Under the pieces are notes generated by a model. The model had not been told where the DNA came from. It made no database searches and saw only the letters and a list, made by a program, of their open reading frames with translations. A DNA stretch of 64,000 bases from Fistulifera solaris (lineage: Eukaryota): positions 1,674,001-1,738,000 of the forward strand of contig AP026164.1 in NCBI GenBank assembly GCA_030295235.1. The letters are read 5' to 3'. How positions within the stretch are numbered: the first letter of the stretch is position 1; each line of letters opens with the position of its first letter. Both the position numbers and the translations under genes were made by a program. Positions 50,107 through 61,886 of this stretch are shown one piece after another.

Positions 50107-52872
50107 TTACGTAGTATTCGGTGGATTGGGGGAATCATCGATGAGATTCGATATTAAATCAGCAAGATACCCTGCCTCTGGAACAGGGTCTATTGCCTTA
50201 ACTGCGGCGTCGCCCTTACTAGGAGTTGATCTTGCAATAGTCTTTTCAAAATTGAGCATTTCGTACTCCTTTACCATTGGTTCTGTAACAAAATTAGGCA
50301 CAAAGGTGAGTCTATCATGGTCGGTTTCTGCGTCGTTGCGTTCGAGCCATGTTCAACATCCCACGTACCAGCTGCCGGTGAATCAAGTTGAACTGTTACT
50401 TCGAGTGGGACCAGAACAACTCCATCATTGCTGATTCGACAAGAAAGGGAAAACAATATTTGTTCCAAGTGACAATCTTTCTTTGGTACACCGTCCGAAG
50501 AAGATACCGTCCTTTCAACTAGCTCTTGATCCAACCGAATGCTTAACGGAGGCACTGAAAGTAATGACATACCCTGTAGCCGCTTGTCCGTTCCGTTTCC
50601 AGCCCTGGATAAGGAACGAAATGGGTGTCAGTCTTGCGTAGATGACGGGAAAAGAAAGGCAGAAACAACGTTCCAGCTTGAACTTACATGTCGGGGGAAG
50701 CGTCCAAACCGACGGCAATCCGGGTCGCCACTGGTGCCAATCCGTACAAAGCCGACATGGCACAGCATTTGGTCAAACAAGTTCGAACATCCGCACAGGC
50801 ACCTTGAATAGCACGCTGTCGTAGTTTCGGAGAGCCTTCAAGGTCTGTATCATCCCAAGAGCCACCAACACCGACACGCTGACCTAGTAAATTCATCGAG
50901 CGCATCAATGCATCAAAAGCCTCCCTTACACAGCGCCCCGTCGAAGACGCACCGGCCGCTCGTTGCTTAGTGAGTGGTAAGCTGGCCACGCGCATTGCCA
51001 TGAGTTCGCTCGCCTGGTGGTAGGGATCAGCACCAGCCAAGGTGCCGAGCAAATGGAATGGGCGTGGAAAGGTTGGGACAAAAGATCCTGTCCGTAAATC
51101 ACATTGCACGCGGAACAGAATCGTTAACGGCGAATGATCACCTTTTCCGTTATCCCTGCTTTCGTCATCTTTTCCATAATAAAATTGAATTTTGGCTGCC
51201 ACCACAATGCTACCGTGATCCAGTGACAAGTCTATCCAATGCGGTAAGATAGGAGGCTGCAATGCTTCCACCACGGCTTGGCATTTCTGATAGGCGCACA
51301 ATCGTGCTGCCGCCAATAAGGCATCACTGGCCGACAGGGCAAACGGATTCGTCGTAGCATCCAGTAAATCCTGTACAATCGATTTTGTCTTGACATCTCC
51401 TTGCGCTAATATTTCCTGTGCGCCACTCATGGATACTTGGATTCCAACACCGCATTCGGCGGTAATGGCGAGCACCAACTGACCATGTGCATCCTGAGAA
51501 TATCGAGCTTTCTTGGTCGGAATCTGTCCATCATCCGTGATTTGGTCCAAGGACAAATTTCCCACACGCGGTGGACCATAGGAATCATCGACTTTCCAAA
51601 ACAAGATTGACAAAACTCCCAACGAAGATGATGATGATTCCTCGAATTGCACTGGCTGGACTTGGATCGGTATTCCGACCGCACCCCAGGCCCCCCGTCG
51701 TAACCCCAACGCTTGTGCCGACAAGACTTCCAATTGCCACGACAATAAAAAGGTGTGTGCCACTTGAAAGAGTGCCTCCAAGGGACGTGCCGGTGGTACC
51801 GTGTTCGGTACAATGTCATCATTCATTTGCATGACGTTCGCATTGAACATTTCTTCTTCTTCGGCTTCTTGTTGCAATTTTCGGGTCTTCATTTCGGCCC
51901 GGTGCATCGCCAAGGCCGCCAATCGATGCAGGTCGTATTTTTGTCGATGACTGCATTCCAATTGGTAGTTAAATTCACCAGTCTTGGCTTGAACATGGAC
52001 ATTTAGATTCAGTAGCGTCCATTCGTCACTGTTGTCGGATGAATTAGACGGAACCACGGTCAATACGGCCGCAATGGGATATTGTTGTTTCGAACAAGAA
52101 CAAGAAGATGATGACGACGAACCCTCAATCGGACGAGGATTCCCACACGTCAATCGCACCAAGCCACCACGCAACGACAATTTCCATAATTGGTTTGACG
52201 AGTTCGGATCCCATCCCATTTCGCCCAATATTAATTTTCGTCGAACCGCCATTTGCCACGCTTCATCGACTTGACTCCATGACCACGAAGCTTCGACAGA
52301 TGTTTCGTACGGATCCGTTTGTAACAATAAATTCTGTGGCAAATCGTACCACTGGCCTAATAATTGCACATCGGCCGCTCCCACAATATCGTGCGGTGCG
52401 GCCCGGAGAGGAAAAACAATTGAGCGTGAAAGAAAAAGAGTGCATCTTGGGCTTCATCGGCTTGTGACCATGCCATCCGGGCATGTTGTAAGGCTTGACT
52501 GGACGTTGTTACGTACGTACTCCAGTCGGTGGTGGCCGCTGCTGCTGTCAAGACCGCGACTTGTTCGATGGTCCGTGCATGCTTAGCCAACCGCCACGCC
52601 AATTCGTGACGTCGTTGACTGAACGCTAAATCGGCCATGCGTTTTTTCGTCGTCGTCGTCGTCGTCGTCGTCAACAGTTCCAAACCTTCTTCGTCGGGTG
52701 CTGCAACGTCAATATCACCAGTCGTCATTTGATAGAGATCCTGAAACAAACCGTCCGTCGCCGTCAAAAGGACGTGCAACAAAGATGCGGTTTGCAATGA
52801 GCCATTGTGGGGATCTAACGTTAATTCGAGGCGGCGGGGTTCTAATTCGGTTAATGTTGTGGGATCGGACAT
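50107..52872 (-). CDS. MED14: Mediator subunit MED14-like protein; several apparent frameshifts
   Basis: QADEAQDALFFFHAQL + (frameshift) RAAPHDIVGAADVQLLGQWYDLP resembles the MED14 N-terminal domain; FLLSWQLEVLSAQA; 3' end uncertain. Confidence 0.65.
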
Positions 52873-53315
52873 TTGTGAATTGATTGATAGTAACGTGAAA
52901 GTAGATTGGATGTTGAATGGATATTTTTTATGACGATATTATTTGGAAGGTGTAGGATGATTTACAAGTATTTATACAAAGCGACAATCGACGAGGCCAA
53001 AAAGCGGGACACGAGAAAAAGCGGGACACGAGAAAAAAAAAGGATCCGATGCGGTGAACGGTGGACAGACGGGAAGGAATGATTTCGAGAACGACGTACA
53101 ACGTACAAGCGATCGCTCCTCACCCCGCATTATTATTTTTCTGTTAAGCGTTTTTTCTTTTATTGCGAGCAACATTCAAGAAGACGCGTTTACTTGACAA
53201 ACCAAGCAAGAAAAGCAACCAAGCTCTATCTATTGAGGCAGACGTAACAGAGTCGAACTGAAATACTTGAGAACGGACGGGCCGCATTCATTCACTAAAT
53301 TTAGCACTAAATAAT

Positions 53316-53844
53316 ATGGTGCGCTTGAAACGACGTTGGTTGATGGTACGGGTGGAAACAAATAATAATAATGATTCTTCTTCTTCTTCTTCTTCTTCTT
53401 CTTCTGTCACAAGGAAAGATTTGATACAAATGATTCGTGACAATCTAATACAACACTTCGGTCAAGCTAGGACGGCTACCGCATCCGAAACACAAGGTAA
53501 GATCGCGTGTCAGATGTGTCGTTGTCCAGGTACGTGTACATGTTTCATCTCACACACCTTCCCAAAAAAAAGTCCGGTTTTGGGACCCGGGGACACAAAT
53601 GGCATTGATTCGGACTTCTCGAAACGGATGTTCGTATGTGCGTGCCGTATTGACTTTGCGGTCCCGTCCTACCCTGCACATTCGGTCGGTACATGGATCG
53701 ACGCGGACAGTCCAAAGGGCGGCGATCCAATTTTTGAAACGACAGTACAAAGAACAAATTCTGCAAATAATGAAAGAACAGCAAAGAATGGAATTGTGTC
53801 TGCAATTGGAACAGCACCTACAATCAATTCGGCAACTGGAATGA
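53316..53844 (+). CDS. POP5: RNase P/MRP subunit POP5 (Rpp14/Pop5 family)
   Basis: MVRLKRRWLMV..IRDNLIQHFG; intron from 53497 to ~53572; VRFWD..ALIRTSR..VRAVLT..VHGSTR. Confidence 0.8.
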
Positions 53845-54411
53845 CGGAATGTGAATGGTTATTATTTGTTGAACAAACGATGCAGCTTGAGACCAGATCT
53901 TGAGTTCATTCTCATCAATGTCGATCTATTCATTCTGCTCACTATTGCAAACTAGAATGAACTGAGTAAGATTTTACTAGGTGCAAAACTAACTATGTGC
54001 AATGCGTGGCTCCATCTTTGACGTCAAAATAGATTGCGGATCCTTCTATCGCGAAGACAATGAGTCCGTTTCCTTTTCAATTGAAACTCTTTGTTTCTTG
54101 TGTGCTTTGCTATCAAACCAATAAGTCAACGAAACTGACTTGGTGTTTTTATAGGCAATGCGCTCGTGAAATGGATTGCGAATGATCGTGGCCAAACACA
54201 ATCACTATATACCCTTAGTGTAAGCGCACCTTTCCCATGACTCAACATTCAGTCACGAGTGAGTGTTGTGTCATCGGCATCGATCGCCATTTTGCACGCC
54301 TTGACATGGAAACACAAAGATTTTTAGATCGTCAGCTCTTTTTCGTCGTGCCATTCAGTATTACTCATCACTAACATACTGATACTATCAAAGAAACTGC
54401 GGCTCATCATC

Positions 54412-55431
54412 ATGTATCATTCCGACAAACGGTTCTTTTTTCTCCTTTTCCGTCGTGATACTCGTTTCGCTACAACGACTGCTCACTCATCAACGCTGTC
54501 ATGCCCTGGTAGTACTGGTATCACCCATGTCACGAAGGGAAGCAATTTTGCAACCCGTTTTGACCAGTACCTTACTCTCTACCGTAACAACAACAACAAC
54601 AAATACCATTTCGCCGACCGTGACATTAGCGGATCAAACGACATTCCCCGTCTGTTCATTTGGGCTGCAAATTTACAACGACCAAACCGCGTATCAGTTG
54701 ACTCGAACGGCCCTCAAGGTCGGTTATCGCAATTTCTTTGCATCTGTCTTGGCCGGAAATCAAAAAGGATTTGCGGAAGCGATCCGTGATTCGGGGATTC
54801 CTCGTGATGAACTGTATATTTGTGGGAGTGTCGTTTCGAATCGCGTGCCAGGATTCGATGCCGCCTATCAAGCCACCAGCAAAGGATGGCAACGCAATTT
54901 AATCGAATTTGCGTACGGGAATATTGATTATTTGGACCAAATCATGTTGGATTATCCCGGACCAGATGTGGCTTCCATACAAGGACAATGGAAAGCGTTT
55001 GAGGAAATGCATCAACAACAAAAGGTCAAATCGCTTAGTGTTTCCAATTTTTCGACGAAACAACTCGATGCTGTCTTGGCCAAGGCACAAGTGCAACCCG
55101 TCGTCAATCAATTACCATTTTCGGTGGCGTATCATCCGAACATGGAACAAGTTTTGGCAGAACATCGAGCGCGCGACATACTGGTTCAAGCGTGGGCTCC
55201 CTTGGGCAAGTCCCTCGGTGGACGCTTCAATGCCGCGATTCGTCAAAAGTGTGCCGTGATTGGCAAACAATACAACAAGACGTGGGCGCAAGTGGCCTTG
55301 CGGTGGATCTTACAAAAGGTGTGACGTTTACGACACAGAGTCAAAATCCCGAACATTTCGCGCAAGACTTGGATCTTTTTGATTTTGTCTTGTCGGATTC
55401 CGACATGGCTGTATTGGATTCGCTGGCATGA
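54412..55431 (+). CDS. Divergent aldo/keto reductase-like protein with N-terminal targeting-like extension; frameshifts near both ends
   Basis: ALKVGYR, SGIPRDELYI, YLDQ, WKAFEEM..KVKSLSVSNF, PVVNQL, VQAWAPLG, AQVALRWILQ, LDLFDFVLSDSDM. Confidence 0.85.
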
Positions 55432-55520
55432 ACCAGATCAGCTACGGGTTATGTAATTTTCATAAACCATGAAACAAAACTTTCTTACAGCTACCAATCG
55501 AGCAAGATACTACAGATAAA

Positions 55521-56722
55521 TCAATATCGCGCGGAAAAATCATCCAAATCCAATTCCACTTGACGATCGTGAATCCGTAGCAGGGCCCGTTGTTTCTTCT
55601 TGTCCACGTGCACGACTTTGGCTTTGGATCCACGATCCGGTCCACGCACAATATATACTTTAGCGTTGTCTTCTTTCGGAACGACCGTTTCCAAATGCCG
55701 TTGATCAAAGGATAGGCGAATGGATTCATCCTGTAATAATGTCACTTGTGCGGTGAATGGATCTGAGAGCTGATCAATGACGGCTTTCTGTTTGAAGTAT
55801 TCGGACTTCTTTTGGATGATGCGAACCAAAATCCCTTTGATCAACCATGGTTCTTCTTCATCATTCTCTGCGTTCGTAGTACTCGCTTTTACATGTTTGC
55901 TGTTCGAATCTTTTTCATCCGTAAGTCGTTGCTTTTTCGTCGACTCTTTCGTCTCTGGAATCGGAGGTGGACCGACAGGTCTGCTTTCCACTTGATCATT
56001 CGCACTGTCATCATCTTCGTCGTCATCGCCAAAAATAGACACTTTTCGTTTGTTGCTGCTGTTGTTGTTGTTGTTGGGTTGTAATCCTTTCGACGACAAT
56101 TGGACTTTAATTTGTTCTGTGCGTTCTTTTCCAATTCCGTCGGTTCCGAAACTTTCGATGTCCCCATTATTTGTGCCAATTGCTCCTGTCGCAATTGCAT
56201 CATTTTCTCTTGATAGGCTTCTTCGGCTTGTTCATCCGCCGCCGCCTGCTGTTGCCTTCGGACGGCTTCTTCTTGTTGTTGAATCGTTTGTACAGGACGG
56301 TATTGAATGTACCATCCCCGTTCCGTTTCTTCGACTTTGGCTTTGCCCATTTTCCCCAAATACTGTACGAAATCTGACAAGGTCGCCCAATGCGTCGCAT
56401 TCATGTGTACGTGTTGCTTGTCGCGAATGATTTCTTGATACACATTGTTGGCGTTCACCATGACGGTGGAATGTCGCAAACGGAGAGTATCGAGAAACAA
56501 CTTTTCAAATTCGTTACTCTTTTGACGCACAATCGAATTGGCATTTTCACTGAACAACTTCATTTGTCGCAAATGTGATTCGGACGTAAGGTGACATTTG
56601 AAGCCGTTAGCGTCACGACATTGTTTCGCACACATTTCGCACCAGAATCGCAATTTCTGGAGGCCTTTGGCTTTGATGCGTTTGCCAATGTCTTTGAGGG
56701 ATCCTTTTTCGGCTTTTGGCAT
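55521..56722 (-). CDS. KIN: DNA/RNA-binding protein KIN17
   Basis: KAKGLQKLRFWCEMCAKQCRDANGFKCHLTSESHLRQ, HMNATHWATL, C-terminal KOW region PWLIKGILVRI..LETVVP; frameshift ~56110. Confidence 0.95.
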
Positions 56723-56876
56723 CGTTGATTGATAAATGAATGTTAAAAACGAGGGAATGAAGGGAGGGACCGAAAGAGAGAGATGAAATGTTATACAGAT
56801 GAATTGTTATTAATGAATGATGGCAATGTCTTTGCTATGGGGTGCAACTTTTCTTGTTTTTGCCTTCCCTGGTACG

Positions 56877-56900
56877 ATCCATCCATCCATCCATCCATCC
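56877..56900. repeat. (ATCC)n microsatellite
   Basis: ATCC repeated six times. Confidence 0.8.
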
Positions 56901-57317
56901 TCCTTGCAGAATTCTACGATTTTTACTTAGTGAAACGACACAAACCGTAATGGATTTCACTTAACAGACCAAAACCATTTCAACACTCTAGCCTATTGTG
57001 TTGGTTGTAACCCATAAAGGGGAACTGATATCTTTCAACCTACTTTGTATTAAAGTTATCTGGCTTAAAAGCTGGATAACCTTAATGCAATCTATTGCAT
57101 AAAGTGGTTTTAGCTTGCTAACTACAATCCCTCGCTTTCAAATCCGTAGAATTTGCAAGGCGATGATGGTACTGGTAAGCAAAAATAAATGAAGAAAATT
57201 TTGAGGCGTTTCTCTCTCGTTGCTCTCGTCATTTTGCGTTTAGGCAGTGCTTGCTCTTGTTCCTTCCTTTCATTTATCGTTCCTCTCACTTCATATAGAC
57301 CACTCTTTCGCAAGAGA

Positions 57318-58727
57318 ATGAGTCGTGTACCCGAATCATCATCGAAAAAGATATAACGCTCTTTGGCGCGACGAGTTTCGTGGCTCACCATGTGTTGACA
57401 TATTTGATGCAAACGAGTCTATCGATTCGTCCTCTTCACATCACCCCTGGCGGGTCGAAATCAGTACAAATTAGATGCTTTGTGTGAAGAATTTACTACC
57501 AAAATGATGCACTTGAGCGTCATTCATGAAAGAACATCTTGTGGTCACTGCGTCTTTGATACCTTTGTAGCAGACGCGCAAGACAAAACGGCTTTGCAAC
57601 AAATGGCGGCCCGTACGAAAGTCGTTATTGCCTGTGCCGGACCGTTTGAACAATACGGCAGTCATGTTGTGGCAGCCTGTGCCGCACAAGGAACTGATTA
57701 TGTCGATATTACGGGAGAAGTCGCTTGGGCGGGTCGGATGCGATTGTTGCACGGCGCAGCGGCGCAGAAGTCGGGGGCGCGCATCCTTTCGTTGTGTGGA
57801 TTCGATTCCATCCCCAGTGATTTATCAGTATTCTTGGCGGTGGAAAAATTGCGTCTCGCGGCACCCTCCGCGCACATTCAAGAAGCATACACGTGGCATC
57901 ATGTATTGGGGTCGGCGAATGGTGGAACCTTGATGACGGCGGCTCAAATGCCGCTGGATTGGAAGTATTGCTGGTCGCAACCCGTTCCCTTTCTCTTGGA
58001 GGATCCTCTCGTGCTGACGCATCCGAAAGTTCGTTCCGATCCCTCCTATCAATCTACCAAAAATCGATTGGCCAAGGCGGAATGGAAAAATCAACTGCCT
58101 ATGTTTCATTCCATCTTTCGATTAGGGGCCTCTGCTCCATTTTTCATGGCTCCCATTAATAGCAAAGTCGTACATGCGTCCGCAGTTGCACTGAATTATG
58201 GTCCGGAATTTGTCTACAAGGAACGGTTCTTACCCACGGGGTACAAAATGACGACGGCCCTACGCATCCTCGCCATCATTCCTGTCGTTATGATACAAAT
58301 TGGGACACTCCTTGCCATGATGGTGTTGCGTATGCCCTATTTGGGAACTTATCTGGTTCAAACGTTGGCTCCACCCGGAACGGGCATGACCGAAGAGCAG
58401 TGCCGCTTGGGTTTTGCCAAAGTCTATGCGGAAGTATCGACGGCGGCCGATCCCGTTACCAACGTGCAAGACCGTGCCAATGTCATGTTGGAATTTCAGG
58501 GAGACCCCGGCAATTGGGTGACCGCCCAATGTGTGACCGAATCCGCTTTGGCGTTGTTGCTCGACAAGGACAAGCTGCCTCCGACGAGTGAAGATGGATT
58601 TGGCACACCTGCCCAACTGTTGGGTCATGTGTTATTGTATCGTCTACAACATTCTTCTGTCCGACCCGTGCAAATTAGTAATCACGTTCGTCGTATCAAT
58701 CATTCGGAATGGCGCATGTGGCCATGA
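57318..58727 (+). CDS. Saccharopine dehydrogenase-like oxidoreductase (SCCPDH / trans-acting enoyl reductase family)
   Basis: DITLFGATSFV (frameshifted 5' part), VVIACAGPF..YG..VVAACA..GTDYVDITGE, CGFDSIPSDL, GDPG..TAQCVTESALAL, GFGTPA. Confidence 0.88.
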
Positions 58728-59017
58728 AAGACGAAAGTAAGGATTATAGACAGAAGTCATCTTGGTCGTCCATATTTGGCATCCTGTCTGTGTTGCGCAC
58801 TCGATGTCTTTTTACCTAAATGGTCCAATTTAGCGAAGAAAACGTCAAGAAGGAAAGTGGAACTAATTTCATTAAGAATGATCAAAAGTAGTAATCAAGA
58901 TAGCCCTAATAAAAGGATAATTTAGTTTTGTTTTGAATATCAAACACCTGACACAAGTCTGCCATCAAAAACCGCTGCACAGCTAAAACTCAAAAATATA
59001 ACAAAACCAGCACATGT

Positions 59018-60564
59018 TTACGCCTCTTCTTTCTCAGGCTCGGGAACTGAAAGAGCCGCAGTCTTGGAGGGTGCAACGTCATCCGTACCCCAAAATAAGG
59101 CCGAGCTTCCCTTAATGTTGATCAAAGCGGACATCAAGGCTGATCCGATAATGCAAAAGCCCATAATCATAAAAGCCTTTTCGTAGGACAGCTCACGGAA
59201 TGCCATACCAAACGCAACGGCACCGCAGTTTCCGCCTCCTCCAACAATACCCGAAATCGATCCCGTCGCCGGAGGATCAATGTACGGCACAATTCCAAAG
59301 GATGTACCCTCGGCGGCCTGGACACACAGCGAAAAGAAAATCATGACCACAATCGCTCCGGCCAAGGACTTGGTATTGGCAAAGATAATAACAAAGATTC
59401 CTTCGAACAACAAAAAGAGAGTGTGAATGATGATGCGACCACGCATACCCATCTTGGCGTTGCCGTAATCGCTGAGGACACCTCCCATACCGCGGGCAAA
59501 CAAGTTCATCCATCCAAAAATTGAGGCAATGGCGGCAGCAGATTCGGTCGACTGACCGAATTCGTCCTTGAAGTAAAGAGCGGCGGCGTTGTTCATGGTC
59601 AATTCAACACCAAAGCAGGCCGCGTATTGAATGAACAAAATCCAAGTGTTGAAGTTGACAGCACCGGCACGGAACGAAACTGCAGCGGAGACTTCCGGCA
59701 TGGTTCCATGTTTTTCATTTCACCATAGTTTTCCTTTCGGGGCATCCTCCGTGAAGAAGAGCATGCCAAGACCGGTACAGAACGTGACAACAGCGGGAAC
59801 GACACAGACCGTACGCCACGATTTCTCCGAGTCACCGTCGTAAAAGATCTTGAAGAGAGGAAAAAGGAGAGACCCAATGACCAACTGAGTAACACCTCCG
59901 CCCAAGTTACCCCATCCAGCGACCGTGGCGTTGGCGGTTCCAACAACGTCCTTGACGAACATGCGCGTCGTCCAGTACTGACACATGACAAAGGTACATC
60001 CGGCCACACCAATGAGGCATCGAATGATGAGAAGCGACTTGTAATCCACCGCCAAACCGGTGAGACCAGTAGGAATCGCGGCGAACATAAGAACTCCCGC
60101 AAAGGGAATACGAGGTCCGAACTTGTCGCACAAAGGTCCCATCATGAAGCGAAACAAGATGGTTCCTCCGACCGCAATCACGGAAGTACTCCAGATTTCC
60201 TTCTTGGTGAGCTTCAGATCATCACGAATCTCAGACAAGAGAGGAGCAGCGGAAAACCAGACGAAGAAGGCCATGAAGAAGGCAAACCATGCAAAGTGAA
60301 AGGCGCGCATGTGCGGGCGGGCGAAGCTAAAGAGTTTGATCTCGGTTGCCTTGTCATCTTGATCGGGATCAACGTTGATTTTGTATTCGGAATACTTCTT
60401 CCTGTAAGTACAGGATAGAATGAGTTAGCCCAGTTTGATGACAACGACGATGTCGACACCCGTCGAAACCGTCTTTCGCTCGAAAGCCGAGACGACCACC
60501 AAGATGAATGAGAGACACTGGTGGATAGAACTTACCATTCGGTTGCTGCACCAGATTCTGCCAT
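59018..60564 (-). CDS. NRT2: High-affinity nitrate transporter (NRT2/NNP family, MFS)
   Basis: MAESGAATEW, intron 60402-60535, RPHMRAFH, GTANATVAGWGNLGGG, YAACFGVELT, GIVGGGGNCG; frameshift near 59715. Confidence 0.96.
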
Positions 60565-60680
60565 TGTTTCTTTGTTTGAGTTGCGAGGAAGGGTAATGAT
60601 GAAGGAGATCGCTTACAAGATTTCTTGATCGCAAATTTGTGACCTTGATGTAGTTTTCCTCTCTCTTTCCTTTTTGGAAC

Positions 60681-60750
60681 GGCGTTAAAATTCTGCCTCG
60701 TCGTAGACGCTACGTGGAATCGTGTACTTGGAGGCAGAATTTTAACGTCC
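60681..60750 (+). repeat. 70-bp palindromic dispersed element, copy 3
   Basis: Same 17-bp arms at 60683-60699 and 60731-60747; spacer differs from copy 1 at 4 positions. Confidence 0.95.
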
Positions 60751-61225
60751 TTCCAGATTTTGAACTTTGCTTCTGCCGTTGTCTTCGAATGTGGGTCGGC
60801 GGCAGTGTTTTAGCACGTTCCGGCACTTTGAAGGTGATGTGGTGGAAATGTCGCACAAGCTTTCTGTGGAATAAGAACGAAAATCCAAAATATCGTACCG
60901 CTACCAAACAGACGAAACGACGTCATCGTTTCCATCTCTTTTCCAAGAGAAACTTCCGCAGGACAGAAATCGAAACTACCGGAACTTCTCACATTCGACG
61001 TGCCACGGAAAGAGAAGTTGCTCTTTCGGAGTTCTTGTTTTGATAGCGAACGGATAGTGCCGCTGCGGTTTTTCTATGCATTCGTGAATGGTTGATAGTC
61101 GATTGGCACTCAGGAATGAAACATCGCAGCTGCCCAACAACTAGTGCGTTATTATTACGGAGTATTATTTGGCCACAAACAGCTGTTGTTGTTCCAGCTT
61201 TCTCTACTTTTACATAATAATTTGT

Positions 61226-61861
61226 ATGGCTATATTGATTCGATCATTGTTCAGCTCATTTGTTCTTGTCGTGGGAGCAAGAGGATTTCAACCGATCGGC
61301 ATTTGCTCGCGTAAACCTGTCTTGACCCGAAGAATGCATGTTTCCGAGAATGGCAGTGCTCCATTTGGAAACTTTCTCATTCCGGCGGATTCTATTTTTC
61401 ATCGATCGGAAGGTGGCTCTGTTGCATTCGTGAATTTGCGACCCATTGTTCCGGGTCACGTGTTGGTAATCCCTTCTCGCGTCGCTCCCTTGTTGTCCGA
61501 TCTGACCGAGGCGGAATACTTGGATTTGTGGTCGACAGTGCGGTATGTGCAGTCATTGTTGAAAGTTCATTATCAAGCGACAGCCTTCAATGTTGCTGTG
61601 CAGGATGGTAAGGATTCAGGGCAATCGGTCTTTCATTGCCATGTGCATATCCTTCCCCGTACGGGTACGGACCCCTACCATGGTTCGAAAAATGACGAAA
61701 TATATAGTGCGTTGGAAGAATGGACTCCCAAAGGGGATGTCAAAGAGAACATACCCTCTATAGATATGCCGGATGTGCGACGGGATCGCACGCCGCAAGG
61801 AATGGCTGCGGAAGCAGCGGCCTATCGCGCAATCGCGAAAACAATTGTCGCGAAAAGTTGA
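61226..61861 (+). CDS. FHIT: FHIT-like HIT hydrolase (dinucleoside polyphosphate hydrolase) with signal-like N-terminus
   Basis: AFVNLRPIVPGHVLVIP, VQDGKDSGQSVFHCHVHILPR, NDEIY, RRDRT..MAAEA. Confidence 0.9.
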   Translation: MAILIRSLFSSFVLVVGARGFQPIGICSRKPVLTRRMHVSENGSAPFGNFLIPADSIFHRSEGGSVAFVNLRPIVPGHVLVIPSRVAPLLSDLTEAEYLDLWSTVRYVQSLLKVHYQATAFNVAVQDGKDSGQSVFHCHVHILPRTGTDPYHGSKNDEIYSALEEWTPKGDVKENIPSIDMPDVRRDRTPQGMAAEAAAYRAIAKTIVAKS

Positions 61862-61886
61862 AAAATAACAAAGTATTTTTTATGGA

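Noticed and set aside
53373..53406. (TCT)n trinucleotide run
   Set aside because: Simple poly-Ser tract within POP5 exon 1
13445..60564. Nitrogen-metabolism cluster (CPS, AMP deaminase, NRT2)
   Set aside because: The genes are about 20 kb apart with many unrelated genes between them
22291..60750. Palindromic repeats as a CRISPR array
   Set aside because: Copies are dispersed 8-30 kb apart with near-identical spacers, there are no cas genes, and the context is eukaryotic
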